From the NCBI GenBank assembly GCA_030390025.1, contig CM059432.1:111478001-111542000 (forward strand): DNA of 64,000 nucleotides, given 5' to 3'. This DNA is from Squalus acanthias (Eukaryota). Below the pieces are notes generated by a model. It saw only the letters and a program-made list of their open reading frames with translations, was not told the DNA's origin and did not search any database. This document shows positions 37,330 to 51,444 of the stretch, in pieces. How positions within the stretch are numbered: position 1 is the first letter of the stretch; every line of letters starts with the position of its first letter. The translations under genes were made by a program, and so were the position numbers.

Positions 37330-40300
37330 CCCCACTATTTAAGAAAGGAGGGAGAGAGAAAACAGGGAATTACAGATCAGTTAGCCTGACATCAGTAGTA
37401 GGGAAAATGCTATAATCTATTATTAAGGATGTGGTAACAGGACACTTAGAAAATAATAATAGGATTGGGCAGAGTCAACACTGATTTATGAAAGGGAAAT
37501 CGTGTTTGACGAATCTGTTCGAGTTTTTGAGGTTGTAACTAGCAGAATAGATAAGGGGGAATCAGTGGATGTGGTGTATTTGGATTTTCAGAAGGCATTC
37601 GATAAGGTGCCACACAAGAGGTTATTAAACAAAATGAGGGCTCATGGGATTGGGGGTAATATACGAGCATGGATTGAGGATTGGTTAATGGACAGAAAAA
37701 GAGTAGGAATAAATGGGTCATTTTCGGGTTGGCAGGCTGTAACTAGTGGGGTACTGCAAGGATCAGTACTTGGGCCTCAGCTATTCACAATCTATTTCAA
37801 TGATTTGGATGAGGGGATGTAAATATCCAAGTTTGCTGATGATACAAAGCTAGGTGGGAATGTAAGTTGTGAGGAGGATTCAAAGAGGCTTCAAGGGGAT
37901 ATAGACAGGTTAAGTGAGTGGGCAAGAACATGGCAAATGGAATACAATGTGGAGAAGTGTGAAGTTATCCACTTTGGTAGGAAAAATAGAAAAGCAGAGT
38001 ATTTTTTAAATGGAGAGAGATTGGGAAATGTTGGTGTTCAGAGGGACCTGCGTGTCCTTATACACGAATCACTGAAAGTTAACATGCCGGTATAGCAAGC
38101 AATTGGGAAAGCAAATGGTATGTTGGCCTTTATTACAAGAGGATTTGAGTATAAGAGTAAAGACGTCTTACTGCAATTATATAGGGCCCTGGTGAGACTA
38201 CAACTGGAGTATTGTGTACAGTTTTGGTCTCCTTACCTAAGGAAGGATATACATACCACAGAGGGAGTGCAACAAAGGTTCACCAGACTGATTCTTGGGA
38301 TGGGGGGATTGTCCTATGAGGAGAGATTGAGTAGACTCGGCCTTTATTCTCTGGAGTTTAGAAGAATGAGAGGTGATCTCATTGAAACATACAAAATTCT
38401 TACAGGGCTTGACAGGGTAGTTGCTGAGAGGCTGATCCCCTGGCTGGCGAGTCTAGAACCAGGGGTCACAGTCTCAGAATAAGGGGTTGGCTATTTAGGA
38501 CTGAGATGAGGAGAAATTTCTTCACACAGAGGTTGTTGAATCTTTGGAATTCTCTACCCCAGAGGGCTGTGGAGGCTCAGTCATTGAGTATAAGAAATAA
38601 GAGCAAGAGTAGGCCATACGGCCCCTCGGGCCTGCTCTGCCATTCAATAAGATCATGGCTGTTCATCGATCTCAACTCCACTTTCCCGCCCGATCTCCAT
38701 ATCCCTTGATTCCCCTAGAGTCCAAAAATCTATCTATCTCAGCCTTGAAAAAACTCAAAGGGCTGGATTTTGTCAATGGGGACGTGATGGAGGCGGGACT
38801 CTCACTTTTTGGGTTGTAGTCCCGCCTCCATCGACTTGTGGCCAACCCACTGTATTTTCCCTTGATTGACCTTGTTAAGCCCGTCCAGCGGGCTTAGCAG
38901 GCCAATCAAGGGTCCCTTGGATACAGGTGACGTCAGCCATTGAAATTTCATCTGTCAAGAGCTTTTGACAGATGAAATTTCAGCGTTTGACAGCCCTGTG
39001 AAAATTCTGCCCAAAGACTCAGCATTCACAGCCCTCTGGGGCACAGAATTCCAAAGATTCACAACCCTCTGAGTGAAGAAATTCCTCCTCATCTCCGTGG
39101 AGAGAAATCTAGAATGCTAAAGAGAAAAGACAAGGAAGCAGTGCAGGAAAGTGATTGGGGTAAGGATAGCCAGATTGTGTCAGGAAGGGACAGAGCGTAC
39201 AAACAAAGGATTGCACTAACAAATAGGGTCCGGGTAAGAAAAAATGGTAAGAAAAAATGGTAAGACAAAGAGGGCCATAGTACAAAAAAATGTTAAGATG
39301 TCTAAAAATGTTAAAAAGACAAATCTAAAGGTACTGTATCTGAATGCATGAAGCATTCGTAATAAGGTAGACAAATTAACAGCGCAAATCGATGTAAACG
39401 GATACGATATAATTGCGATTACGGATACATGGCTGCAGGATGACCAAGGCTGGGAGCTGAATATCCAAGGATATTCGATATTTAGGAAGAACATGCTAAA
39501 AGGAAAAGGAGGTGGGGTGACGTTGTTAGTAAAGGATGAAATCAGAGCAATAGTGAGAAAGGATATTGGCTCAGAAAATCAAGATGTAGAATCAGTCTGG
39601 GTGGAGCTAAGAAGCACCATGGGGCTGAAAACATTGGTGGGAGTTGTCTATAGACCTCCAAACAGTTGTGGTAATGTAGGGGACGGCATCAAACAGGAAA
39701 TTAGAGATGCATGTAACTAGAGTACTACAGTAATCATGGATGACTTTAATCTACATATAGACTGGCCAAACCAAATTATCAATAATACTGTGGAGGATGA
39801 ATTCCTGGAGTGTGTACGAGATGGTTTTTTAGACCAGTACGTTGAGGAGCCAACTAGGGAACAGGCTATCCTAGATTGGGTATTGTGCAATGAGAAGGGG
39901 TTAATTAATAATCTTGTTATGCGGGGTCCTTTAGGGAAGAGTGACCATAACACGATGGAATTCTTCATTAAGATGGAAAGTGAAGTAGTCTAATCCGAAA
40001 CTAGGGTCCTAAATCTAAACAAAGGAAACTACGAAGGTATGAGGAGTGAGTTGGCTATGATAGATTGGGGAACTTCATTAAAAGGCATGACGGTGGATAG
40101 GCAATGGCTAACATTTAAGGAACGAATGCATAAATTGCAACAGTTATATATTCCTTTCTGGCGCAAAAACACAAAAGGAAAAGTGGCCCAACCATGGTTA
40201 ACAAAAGAAATTAAGGATAGTATTAGATCCAAAGAGGAGTCATATAATGTTGCCAGAAAAAGTAGCAAGCCTGAGGATTGGGAGCAGTTTAGAGTTCAGC

Positions 40301-41890
40301 AAAAAAAGTCCAAGATTAAGAGGGGAAAAATAGAGTATGAGAGTAAACTTGCAAGGAACATAAAAGCGGACTGTAAAAGCTTCTATAAGTAGCTAACAAG
40401 AAAAAGAGTAGTGAAGACAAATGTAGGTCCCTTACAGTCAGAAACGGGAGAATTTACAATTGGGAAGAAGGAAATGGCAGAGCAATTAAACAAATACTTT
40501 GGTTCAGTCTTCACGGAAGAGGACACGAATAACTTCCCAAAAATGCTAGGGAACCAAGGGTCTAGTGAGAAGGAGAAATTAAAGGAAATTAGTATTAGTA
40601 AAAAATTAGTGCCGAAGAAATTAATGGTACTGAAAGCCGATAAATCCCCAGAGCCTGATAATCTGCATCCCAGAGTACTAAAAGAGGTAGCCATGGAAAT
40701 GGTGGATGCATTGGTTGTCATCTTCCAAAATTCTATTAAGGCAAAGTATTATTTAAATGGTGATAGATTGGGTAATGTTGATGTACAAAGGGACCTGGGT
40801 GTCCTTGTACACCAGTCACTGAAAGCAAACATGCATGTACAGCAAGCAGTTAGGAAGGTAAATGGTATGTTGGCCTTCATTGCAAGATGATTTGAGTACA
40901 GGAGCAAGGATGTCTTACTACAGTTATACAGGGCCTTGGTGAGACCACACCTGGAGTACTGTGTGCAGTTTTGGTCTCCTTACCTAAGGAAGGATATACT
41001 TGCCATAGAGGGAGTGCAGCAAAGGTTCACTGACTGATTCCTGGGATGGCAGGACTGTCGTATGAGGAGCGATTGGGTCGACTAGGCCTGTATTCACTAG
41101 AGTTTAGAAGAATGAGAGGGGATCTCATTGAAACGTATAAAATTCTGACAGGGCTAGACAGACTGGATGCAAGGAGGATGTTTCCCCTGGCTGGGGGGTC
41201 TAGAACGAGGGGTCACAGTCTCAGGATACGGGGTAGGACATTTAGGACTGAGATGAGGAGAAATTTCTTCACTCAGAGGTGGTGAACCTGTGGAATTCTC
41301 TACCACAGAAGGCTGTGGAGGCCAAGTCACTGAATATATTTAAGAAGGAGATAGATAGATTTCTAGACACAAAAGGCATCAAGGGGTATGGGGAGAGAGC
41401 TGGAATATGGTATTGAGATAGAGGATCAGCCATGATCATATTGAATGGCGGAGCAGGCTCGAAAGGCCAAATGACCTACTTCTGCTCCTATTTTTCCATG
41501 TTTTTTCTATGTCTTAAATGGCCTACCCCTTATCCTGAGACTATGCTCCCCAGTTCTAGACACTCCAGCCAGGGGGAGCAACCTCTCAGCATCTACCCTG
41601 TCAATCCCCTTCAGAATCTTGTATGTTTCAATGAGATCACCTCTCATTCTTCTAAACTCCAGAGAGTATAGGCCCATTCTACACAACCTCTCATCATAGG
41701 ACAGCCCTCTCATCCCAGTATATTCAAGACCGAGATCGATAGATTTTTGGATGTTAAGGGAATCAAGAGATATGGGGATTGTGCAGGAAAGTGGAGTTGA
41801 GATAGAAGATCAGCCATGATCTTATTGAATGGCGGAGCAGGCTCGAGGGGCCGAATGGCCTACTCCTGCTCCTATTTCTTATGTTCTATG
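37330..41890. mobile_element. Nest of three CR1 copies: + (37330-38590, 41718-41890), - (38590-39099, 41511-41717), + (39100-41510)
   Basis: APE (VVYRPP, DFN) and RT peptides; interrupted sequences rejoin across the inserts. Confidence 0.85.
38760..39012. mobile_element. MITE (Harbinger-like)
   Basis: TIR GGGCTGGATTTT/AAAATTCTGCCC; AAA duplication within CR1 3' sequence. Confidence 0.8.
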
Positions 41891-42151
41891 GTTTTGGCTG
41901 CACCTTGATGCAAAATGTGTGTTGTCATTCAGGTGTTAGGTTGCCCACACGAAGAAAAATAAATAGATCAGCATCATAACATCAACAGCAGACCAGCAAT
42001 ATTGGAACATTGACAAACTGAAGTACAAAGTTCAGAACAGTCAAACAGTTGAGGCCAGATTAAGTCAATCAACAGTAGCAAGAAAAGATCATATAAACTA
42101 AGACAAAGTGGTTTTAGCACATGTTAATCTGAGGAGAACAATAAGCAGTCT

Positions 42152-42944
42152 ACGATAGCAAAATACTGCGGATGCTGGAAATCCGAAATAACAACAGAAA
42201 ACGCTGGAAAAACTCAGCAGGCGAGGCAGCATCCGTAGAGAGAGAAACAGAGTTAACGTTTCAGGTCGAAGACCTTTCGTCAGAACTGGAAAAAAGCAGG
42301 AAATGAAATAGATTTAAAGCAAGTATAATGCTGGGAAAAGCGGGAGGGGATGAAAGAACAAAAGGGAAGGTCCGTGGTAGGATAGAAAGCAGGAGAGATT
42401 GAGAGACATTAAGAGATATTCAAGGCAAGAGGAGGTGTTAATGTGACAGGTTGAGGCTAGACGAAGTGTGAAATGCGCTGGCGGAATGAAGGACAGCTGC
42501 CAGCTTCTGGGAGGGAAGTAAAAAGGCCAAACAAAAGGGTGGATGAAAAAAAATAAAAAAAAAAAAAAATATATATATATATGTGATAGGGGCCGGGGTT
42601 ATGATCTAAAATTGTTGAACTCGATGTTGAGTCCAGAAGGCTGTAGGGTGCCTAAACGAAAGATGAGGTGCTGTTCCTCGAGCTTACGCTGAGCTTCCGT
42701 GGAACAGTGTAATAGGCCGAGGACGGTGAGGTCAGAGTGGGAGTGGAGCGGAGAATTAAAGTGACAGGCCACCGGGAGCTTGGGGTCCCCCTTACGGACT
42801 GAACGGAGGTGTTCCGCAAAGCGGTCACCCAATCTGCGTTTGGTCTCCCCAATGTAGAGGAGACCACATCGTGAGCAGCGAATACAGTATGCTAAATTGC
42901 AGGAAGTACAAGTAAATCGCTGTTTCACCTGGAAGGGGTGTTTG
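42152..42944 (-). mobile_element. 5'-truncated Penelope-like copy (family A): GIY-YIG C-terminus, 3' UTR, hammerhead
   Basis: ORF 42599-42928 is nearly identical to the C-terminus of the 971-aa ORF; same terminal sequence. Confidence 0.9.
42251..42287 (-). ncRNA. Minimal hammerhead ribozyme (family A variant)
   Basis: Sense AGUU-CUGACGA-A-AGGUC-UUC-GACCU-GAAA-CG-UU-AACU. Differences fall only at N7, the stem II loop and H17. Confidence 0.85.
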
Positions 42945-43599
42945 TCTATCCAGGCCTGCTGTTATTCGGAGGTTGGGACGGCATGACAAGCCATGCAGAG
43001 TACACTAGGAAAGGTATTAGGCATAAGTTCCAGGGCTCTGAAGATTCTGCCCAGCAGGCATTTTGAGGCAGACAAGTAGACAAGATGCCAATGGGAGAAT
43101 AACAGTCATCAAGCAGGAAACAGTTTGGGACAGGTGTAGCCAGGGCACTGCTTGGGCCAGGCCACGAGAGGGGGTGGAGGAGTATTACAGAACTACAAGC
43201 CAGCACCACCAAGCTCAGTCCCAAAGTAGACCGCAGGGTCAACTGACAATACTGGCCTAGGAATTCGAGGGCCCTGGAAATCTTCCGGTGGCACTGCGGG
43301 TCGCAGTTAACGGCCGCTGAAATTTATAATGCTGACAGCCCGGGTAAATTGGTGCTGCTTGGTAATTAACATTAACGCCGCGCTAAACTTACTGTGCAAG
43401 GCTGGTTTTCCTAGCGGAATTGGTTGGGGGGCATGGAGATAAGTGGCGCAGCGCTTACCTTCCATGCAACACCGACCTGGTGACGTTGCTGGAGGGATCG
43501 GGATGAAGTTCCTGCCCAGGGCCGGTGTTGCAGCTTCCCACAGCCTCTGGGAGCGAAGCTGTGGAGCTTACAGGGAATTGTGGGCAATGAAGAGGTCTG

Positions 43600-46125
43600 A
43601 ACATAAGAACATAAATAGGAGCAGGAGTCGGCCATTCCGCCCCTCGAGCCTGCTCCGCCAGTTAGTAAGATCATGGCTGATCTTCTACCTCATCTCTACT
43701 TTCCTGCACTATCCTCATATCCCTTGATTCCCTTAATATCCAAAAATCTATCGATCTCTGTCTTGAATATACTCACGACTGAGCCTCCACAGCCCTCTGG
43801 GGTAGAGAATTCCAAAGATTCACCACCCTCTGAGTGAAGAGATTTCTCCTCATCTCAGTCCTAAATGGCCGACCCCTTATTCTGAGACTGTGACCCCTGG
43901 TTCTAGACTCCCCAGCCAGGGGAAACATCCTCCCTGCATCTACCCTGTCAAGTCCTGTAAGAATTTTGTATGTTTCAATGAAATCACCTCTCATTCTTCT
44001 AAACTCCAGAGAATATAGGCCTAGTCTACTCAATCTCTCCTCATAGGACAATCCCCCCATCCCAGGAATCAGTCTGGTGAAACTTTGTTGCATTCCCTCT
44101 ATGACAAGTATATCCTTCCTTAGGTAAGGAGACCAAAACTGTACACAATACTCCAGGTTTGGTCTCACCCAGGGCCTATATAATTGCAGTAAGACATCTT
44201 TACACTTATACTCAAATCCTCTTTTAACAAACGCCAACATACCATTTGCTTTCTTAATTCCAAGCACTGATCCTTGCGGTACCCCACTAGTTTCAGCCTG
44301 CCAACCCGAAAATGACCCGTTTATTCCTACTCTGTTTTCTGTCCATTAACCAATCCTCAAACCATGCTAGTATATTACCCCCAATCCCATGAGCCCTAAT
44401 TTTGTTTAATAACCTGTTGTGTGGCACCTTATCGAATGTCTTCTGAAAATCCAAATACACCACATCCACTGGTTCCTCCTTATCTATTCTGCTAGTTACA
44501 CCCTCAACAGATTCGTCAAACACGATTTCCCTTTCCTAAATCCGTGTTGACTCTGCCAATCCTGTTATTATTTTCTAAGTGCCCTGTTACCATGTCCTTA
44601 ATAATAGATTATAGCATTTTCCCTACTACTGATGTCAGGCTAACTGGTCTGTAGTTCCCTATTTTCTCTCTCCCTCCTTTCTTAAATAGTGGGTCTACAT
44701 TTGCTACCTTCCAATCCGTGGAAACCGTTCTAGAATCAATGGAATTTTGGAAGATGACAACCAATGCATCCACTATATCTGTAGCCACCTCTTTCAAAAC
44801 CCTAGGATGTAGGCCATCAGGTCCAGGGGGTTTATCAGCTTTCAGTCCCATTAATTTCCCTAGTACTATTTTTTTACTAATACTATTTTCTTTCAGTTCC
44901 TCATTGTCGCTAGACCCTTGGTTCACCACTATTTCCGGGAGGTTTTTTGCGTCTTCTTCCGTGAAGACATACACAAAGTATTTGTTTAATTTCTCTGCCA
45001 TTTCCTTATTCTCCATTATAATTTCTCCTGTCTCAGCCTGTAAGGGACCCACATTTACTTTTGCTAATCTTTTCCTTTTTACCTACCTATAGAAGCTTTT
45101 ACAGTCTGTTTTTATGTCTCTCGCTAGTTTACTCTCATATTCTATTTTCCCTTTCTGTACCAATTTCTTGGTCCTCCTTTGCTGAATTCTAAAATCCTCC
45201 CAATCCTCAGGCTTACTGCTCTTTTTGGCAACATTATAAGCCTCTCCTTTGATCTAATACTATCTTTAACTTCTCTTGTCAGCCACGGTTGGACCACTTT
45301 TCCTGTGGGGTTTTTGTGCCTTAGGAATGTATATTTGTTGTAAATTATGTATTAATTCTTTAAATACTAGCCATTGCTTGTCTACCTTTTAATGTAGTTT
45401 CCCAACCTACCTTAGCCAACTCGCCCCTCATACCTATGTAGTTTGCTTTGTTCAGATTTAAGACCCTAGTTTCGGATTTAACTAAATCACTTTCAAATTT
45501 AATGTAAAATTCTATCATATTATGGGCACTCATCCCTAAGGGCCCCTTCACTACAAGGTTATTAATTAACCCTTTCTCATTGCACAACACTAGATCTAAA
45601 ATAGCCTGTTCCCTAGTTGGTTCCTCAACATACTGATCTAGAAAACTATCTTGTATACATTCCATGAATTCGCCCTCTACACTATTACTGCAAATTTTGT
45701 TTGCCCAGTCTATATGTAGATTAAAGTCTCCCATGATTACTGTATTACCCTTGTTACATGTGCCTCTAATTTCCTGATTTATACTCTGCCCTACATTACA
45801 ACTACTGTTTGGGGGCGATAAACAACTCCCACCAATGTTTTCTGCCCCTTGCCGTTTCTTAGCTCCACCCAAACTGATTCTACTTCTTGATTTTCGGAGC
45901 TAAGATCCTTTCTCTCTACTGTCTTTATCCCATCCTTTATTATCAGGGCTACCCCGCCTCCTTTTCCATTTTGCCTATCTCTTCTAAAAGTTGAGCATCT
46001 TGGAATAATGGCTATTAGATCAAACCTATTAATTTCTATCTGTGCTATTAATTCATCTATTTTGTTGCAAATGCTTTGTGCATTCAGATATAGTGCCTTT
46101 AGTTTTGATTTTTTTCTATTTTTCC
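43600..46125 (-). mobile_element. CR1 LINE ORF2, decayed
   Basis: GDFN, PGPDG, YRPVSLTS, DFQKTFD and LEYCVQFW peptides. Confidence 0.9.
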
Positions 46126-46477
46126 CTGAGTAGTCGCAGCAGGTTCCGTCTTCTCAAAGGCCTTCATTTACCATCCGAGCCTTTGCAAGCGTCCAGCAGC
46201 ACTCCCGACATACTTAAAAAAAACTTTTCACATCTATTGCAGCAAGCCACCTCTTCAATAAAATCAAAAAAACCCAGTCCAAACCATTAAATCCAAACTT
46301 AACTGAATGATGTGTGTGTCCCTTTAAGAGGTGCTGACATGGCCACTATCAGCTTGCTTGTACGCCAGGTTAACCTGGCGAGCTTGGGACTCAGCACTGA
46401 ATTCAGCGTTAGGGTCGAAGTTTCACCTGTTATACTTTTGCACCTGTACAAGGGTTGTCTTCAAATGGGATTACATC

Positions 46478-46692
46478 AGCTGTGGCTCAGTGTGTAGCAC
46501 TCTTGCCTGTGAGTCAGAAGGTTGTGGGTTCAAGTCCCACTCCAGAGACTTGAGCACACAATTTCGGCTGACATTGCAATGCAGTATTGAGGGAATGCTG
46601 CATTGTCTTTCGGAATGGACTTTAGACTGAGGCCCTGTCTGCCCGCTAAAATGGACATAAACGATCCCATGACACTATTCGAAGAAGAGCAT
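46478..46692 (+). mobile_element. Deu-domain SINE (SacSINE1/AmnSINE-like), 5' part
   Basis: tRNA-like head TGGCTCAGTG...GGTTCAAGTCC followed by Deu-like GTCTTTCGGA...GAGGCCCTGTCTGCC...GATCCCATGACACTATTCGAAGAAGAGCA. Confidence 0.7.
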
Positions 46693-46833
46693 TTCTGCAA
46701 GTATGTGCACGCAGAGTCTAATTTGTCCTGACTAGAACGTGATGCAGCACCACTAGAGTTGCCAGCCCTGCATCACACTCAATAGCCGCTAGTCTCAAAC
46801 CTGCATGATCAGGAATAGAGAGAACAACAACAA

Positions 46834-47497
46834 CCTGAAGGTAGCAGGCCAGGTAGATAAGGTGGTTAAGAAGGCATACGGAATGCTTGCCTTTATTAGC
46901 AGTGGCACAGAATACAAGAGCAGGGGGGTTATGCTTCAACTGTATAAAACACTAGTTAGGCCTCAGCTAGAGTACTGCGTGCAGTTCTGGTCACCACATT
47001 ACAGGAAAGTTGTGATTGCACTAGAGAGGGTACAGAGGAGATTTACAAAGATGTTGCCGGGAGTAGAGAATCTTAGCTATGAGGAAAGACTGGATAGGCT
47101 GGGTCTGTTTTCCTTGGAACAGAGGAGGCTGAGGGGAGACCTTATGAGGGGCATAGATAAAGTGGATAGAAAGGACCTATTTCCCTTAGCAGAGAGGTCA
47201 AAAACCAGGGGACACAGATTTAAAGTAATTGGTGGAAGGTTTAGAGGGGATTTGAGGGGAAATGTCTTCACCCAGACGGTTGTGGGGGTCTGGAACTCAC
47301 TGCCTAAAAGGGTGGTAGAGGCAGGAACCCTAACCACATTTAAAAAGTACTTGGATGTGCACTTGGGATGCTCTAACCTGCAGGGCTACAGACCAAGAGC
47401 TGGGAAGTGGGATTAGGCTGGATAGCTCTTTGTTGGCCGGCGCGGACACGATGGGCTGAAATGGCCTCCTTCTGTGCTGTAACTTTCTATGATTCTA
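46834..47497 (+). mobile_element. CR1 3' portion
   Basis: ORF 46805-47416; (TTCTATGA)-type tail. Confidence 0.85.
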
Positions 47498-49494
47498 ACT
47501 TGTATTTATATAGCGCCTTTAACATAGTAAAATATCCCAAGGTGCTTCACAGGAGTGTTATAAGACAAGAAATTTGAAAACATAATTAAATTAAAATCCA
47601 CAACACAATATTGATTACCTGCCAGCTCTTCGGAGAGAGGTTTATACCAGAATAGTAAAATGGTTCTTATTTAAGAGCAAAAAATCTGGGTGGTACAGTT
47701 CTGTTCTGACAGCCTCCAACAACATATTCTTGTATCTTGTTGCTGTTTATATTTAAAAGAATAAGTTACAGAAGTTGGTAACAAAATATTGCAGCCACAT
47801 TAATTCTCTTTGATAGCTTATCTTCAGAAGTTACGGACTCCTGTATAAAAATATTTCTGCAACTTCAGCTAGAATTTTAGACGGTTGCTGTTTGTCAAAA
47901 GAAGAGGAAATGTCGCCCTCTTGTGGTATTTTGAAATATGTAATTCACAGCCAATAGTTTTACTGTGTTTCCCACTTAGAAATTGTATTTTCAATAATGC
48001 ACTCACATATTTTCCTCCAGAGTTCTATTTATTGGTTTGTTTGTTTTTTTCCACAAAGAAATACCCAAGTGCAGTGTCAGTTGGGTTCGCAAATGTTTGC
48101 CCAGGTTTAGGAAAGTGTCATGTTTGGTTCTGAGTTTAAACATTGCAGCAAACCATGTGCTGTCATCATTGTTCTTCCCTTTAATTGTCACTTCCTATTA
48201 CAATCCCAGTAATAGTCAGTCAAAAGAAGCTTTAAGAAATTGTCTTTTGAACGTACAGCTGTTTCTCTCAGTTTGACTCCGGTTGATGACACTTGTTCGA
48301 AGGATGGTGGTGCTTTTGTCTCACACCAGTGCAGGCTAAACACGCAATTTTTGCCTTTGGGTGGTGTTTTTTATACTAATTATTTATAGTCTATGTATTT
48401 TGGGGAATATTGCCCACCCAACTCCGCAGTATATCTTCTTTATCCTCCCCTCTGATTTTACCCCTCTCCTCCTTAAGGTGATTCATGCTGGGACAAAGCT
48501 CCACAGGTGCCCTTGCAGCTTTCCAGTATCTTGTTGAAGTCGCCATTCATGAGCCCTGGCATTGAGTGTCTTTGTGCTAATCTACCATCGGGACCCTCAC
48601 AACTGAGCCTGCTGCTCTCCACCCAGCGTCCGTAAATGTGCCGCTCCAACAAAGGTCACCTGGATAGCAATCAGTACCAGGAACCCTGGCCTCTTCTTTT
48701 TGTTCCCCTTTTTTTCCCTGTTTCTCCACCTCCCACCAATCCAGACCTTGGATCAATGTTATGGGCAGTCTGACAGCACAGAGTTGGTCATGGGATCGAA
48801 TGAGTTGGAGCTGTGTCATCAGCATACATACGAAAGCTGACTCTATTCCTGTTGCTGACGTGACCAAGGGGAAGCATGTAAATGAGGAAGAGGAGATGGG
48901 CAGAGATGGATCCTTTTGAGATTGCAGAGATGATGGGGCGGGAAGTGAAGTTGTTGCTGGAGGTGCATTGGCGATATTTGGATCAGTAGGAGGGGAGCTA
49001 CACAAGGGCAGTCCCATGCACCTGGAAGATAGAAGACAACAGTGTGGCTGGCATTTGCAGAGTTAGAGAAAGGATAATGCAAACTGGTCACAATCATAGA
49101 TGATGATAATCATGACTTTGGCCAGGGCAGTCTCAGTGCGGTGAGAAGAGCAGAAGCTAGTCTGCAGGGATTCGAACAGGCAGTTTTGAGAGAGATTGAC
49201 AGAACTGGGAGGTAATAATGCATTTGAGAATCAGAGAGAAAAGGGAGGCTAAAGATGGGGCACTAGTTGGAGCGTATGGAGGAATCAAGTCTGGAGCATC
49301 CTGGTCTGTGTAACACAGTACAACACCATAAAGTTAATGGCTGTCTGAGCCACGAGGAAACTACTTGACTCTGTCTTTTGAGTAGTTTCCCAGATAACAG
49401 CGATGATAAAAATTTGAATTTAATGGCAAACCTTATTTAGTGTGTGGGGAAAAGAGCTGGAAGATCCATGTTTTAATATTGTTATAAAGACATT

Positions 49495-50409
49495 GGGCTG
49501 GATTTTGTCTTGGGGTCGGGTTGGGGTCGTGTCATCCGCATTTCGTGTTATCCACCCGCCTGAAATTGGATGTGGGAGATTGATGCAATTTTCACCTAAT
49601 TGGGCAATTGAGTTCCAGCATGTGGGAACCCATGAACCAATTAGTGGTTTAGAAACATAGAATCTAGGAGCAGGAGTCGGCCATTCAGCCCGTCGAGCCT
49701 GCTCCACCATTCAATACGATCATGGCTGATCATCCAAATCCAGTACCCTGTCCCTGCTTTAATCCCCACAGTACACATATCCCACCCTACCCCCGTAACC
49801 CCACGTATTTAATTCCCCCTAACATATCCCATCCTATCCCCATAACCCCACATATTTAATCCCCCCCTAACACAAAGGGTCAATTTATCATAGCCAAATC
49901 AACCTAACCCGCACATTGAAAGTCGCCTCTGATGATGTCATCATTGTAGGTCAGAGACGGCCTGGCCTGGGCTGGTCTCAGAGATTGCCTGGCCTTTGCT
50001 GTGAGGGGACCTGGATAGATATGAATGAGAGAGAGAGAGAGAGAGAGAGAAAAAGAAAGAGAGAGAAAAAGAAATAGTGGACCTGCAGCTGATAGTCAGC
50101 TATCCACTTGTGCTCCCGCCAGGTTTCACTGGCGTGTTTCAGATCAGGTGTGCTTCACGTGGGAAAAGGGTTAAACTAGCTAAAACGTTTCAAAATGGCA
50201 TTACAGAGCCAATTTAGGGCTTGTTAAGGGCTTTAATGGCCTCTCCCGCCTCTTGGCGGCGGGACGAAGTCGGGAACACCGCACACGATTTTATCAAAAT
50301 TGCATGGAGGCGGGTTGGAGGTGGGATGGGGTCGGGACCCCCGAATCTGCAACTTTAACCCCCCACATGCCTCCAAACCCGACTCCACGGGTCATTGAAA
50401 ATCCAGCCC
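49495..50409. mobile_element. MITE (Harbinger-like) with a nested SINE fragment
   Basis: TIR GGGCTGGATTTT/AAAATCCAGCCC; flanks ATT/ATT. Confidence 0.8.
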
Positions 50410-51177
50410 ATTGCATGCTTTTTCTTACAGCATTGTGCCATGCATTTGTACATAAATAAAGAAAAGGTTTCTCACACTTCATGAACCTCTTTAATAATCG
50501 TAAAAGAAAGACTATTTGATTTCTGTAAGTTTTAGTATTGTCTCCATGACAGATGAAATCATAAGTGAACCAAGAGGAAAAATAAATGCTCAGGCCTCGT
50601 GGGAACCTGTGCAGAGGAAAGGGCTCGAGAGACGTCTGTGTCGTCCTGATTAGATATTAAACAGGTGACTTTAAGGAGGGTAAAATCAAAAATCAGAACA
50701 GTTTCGTTTGATTGGATTCAAATATCCACCCTTTCTTCAGCAAACTCACACTAAACAGTAGATGGGGTCGATGATAACTGTGCTGTTCCCTGTATAGTGC
50801 ACAAAGGACATTCCATCTGCCACCACACCACTGGAGAAAATGGTGGCAGATGGAATGCCCTTTGTGCATTGGACTATCTCTAATATCTCAGTACTCGACC
50901 GATATAGCCATGAGGCTAAGTTTACATTTCCCCATCATGCACACGTTCTCTTCTAGTGCACAGAAGATTGAGGCAGTTGTGTTGATTGCATGGCCTCATT
51001 CAGGGACACGCAGACCAGTTGTGTTTCTTTTGAACAGAAACTCTTTCAACCTCTTCCCCACCTTCTTCCCCACATGCACACAACCTTTTCTTTGGGTTTT
51101 CAGAAGCTTATTAAAACAGTTTCAGCAACTAAGTGAGTGAGCACGCTTGACATGACCAATTATTTTCTGCTTTGTAG

Positions 51178-51260
51178 AAGTACCTGCTGAGCAATCCGGC
51201 CCACCTGAGTGCTGCTGTGGATGAACACTTCTTCATTAATGAGAGCATCTCCCAAGTCAG
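51178..51260 (+). CDS. Exon D: KYLLSNPAHLSAAVDEHFFINESISQV(R/S)
   Basis: TTTTCTGCTTTGTAG acceptor, GTAAGT donor, phase 0-2 matching exon C. Confidence 0.75.
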
Positions 51261-51444
51261 GTAAGTGGTGATTAGCAGAGTCCCACACCATTGGTGTTTG
51301 AGTACTCAAGTAACGAAATCAGAATCTGGCTTGTGAAGTTGTGAAAGTTCAATTTGAAATGCTTGACTGAAGTGCACTTTAACAATAGTGGCAGAGCTCC
51401 CATGGGTTGCTCATGGTACGTTGAAGAATTTGCTATTTTATAAC

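Noticed and set aside
46478..46555. tRNA gene
   Set aside because: Degenerate cloverleaf followed by SINE body; it is a SINE head.
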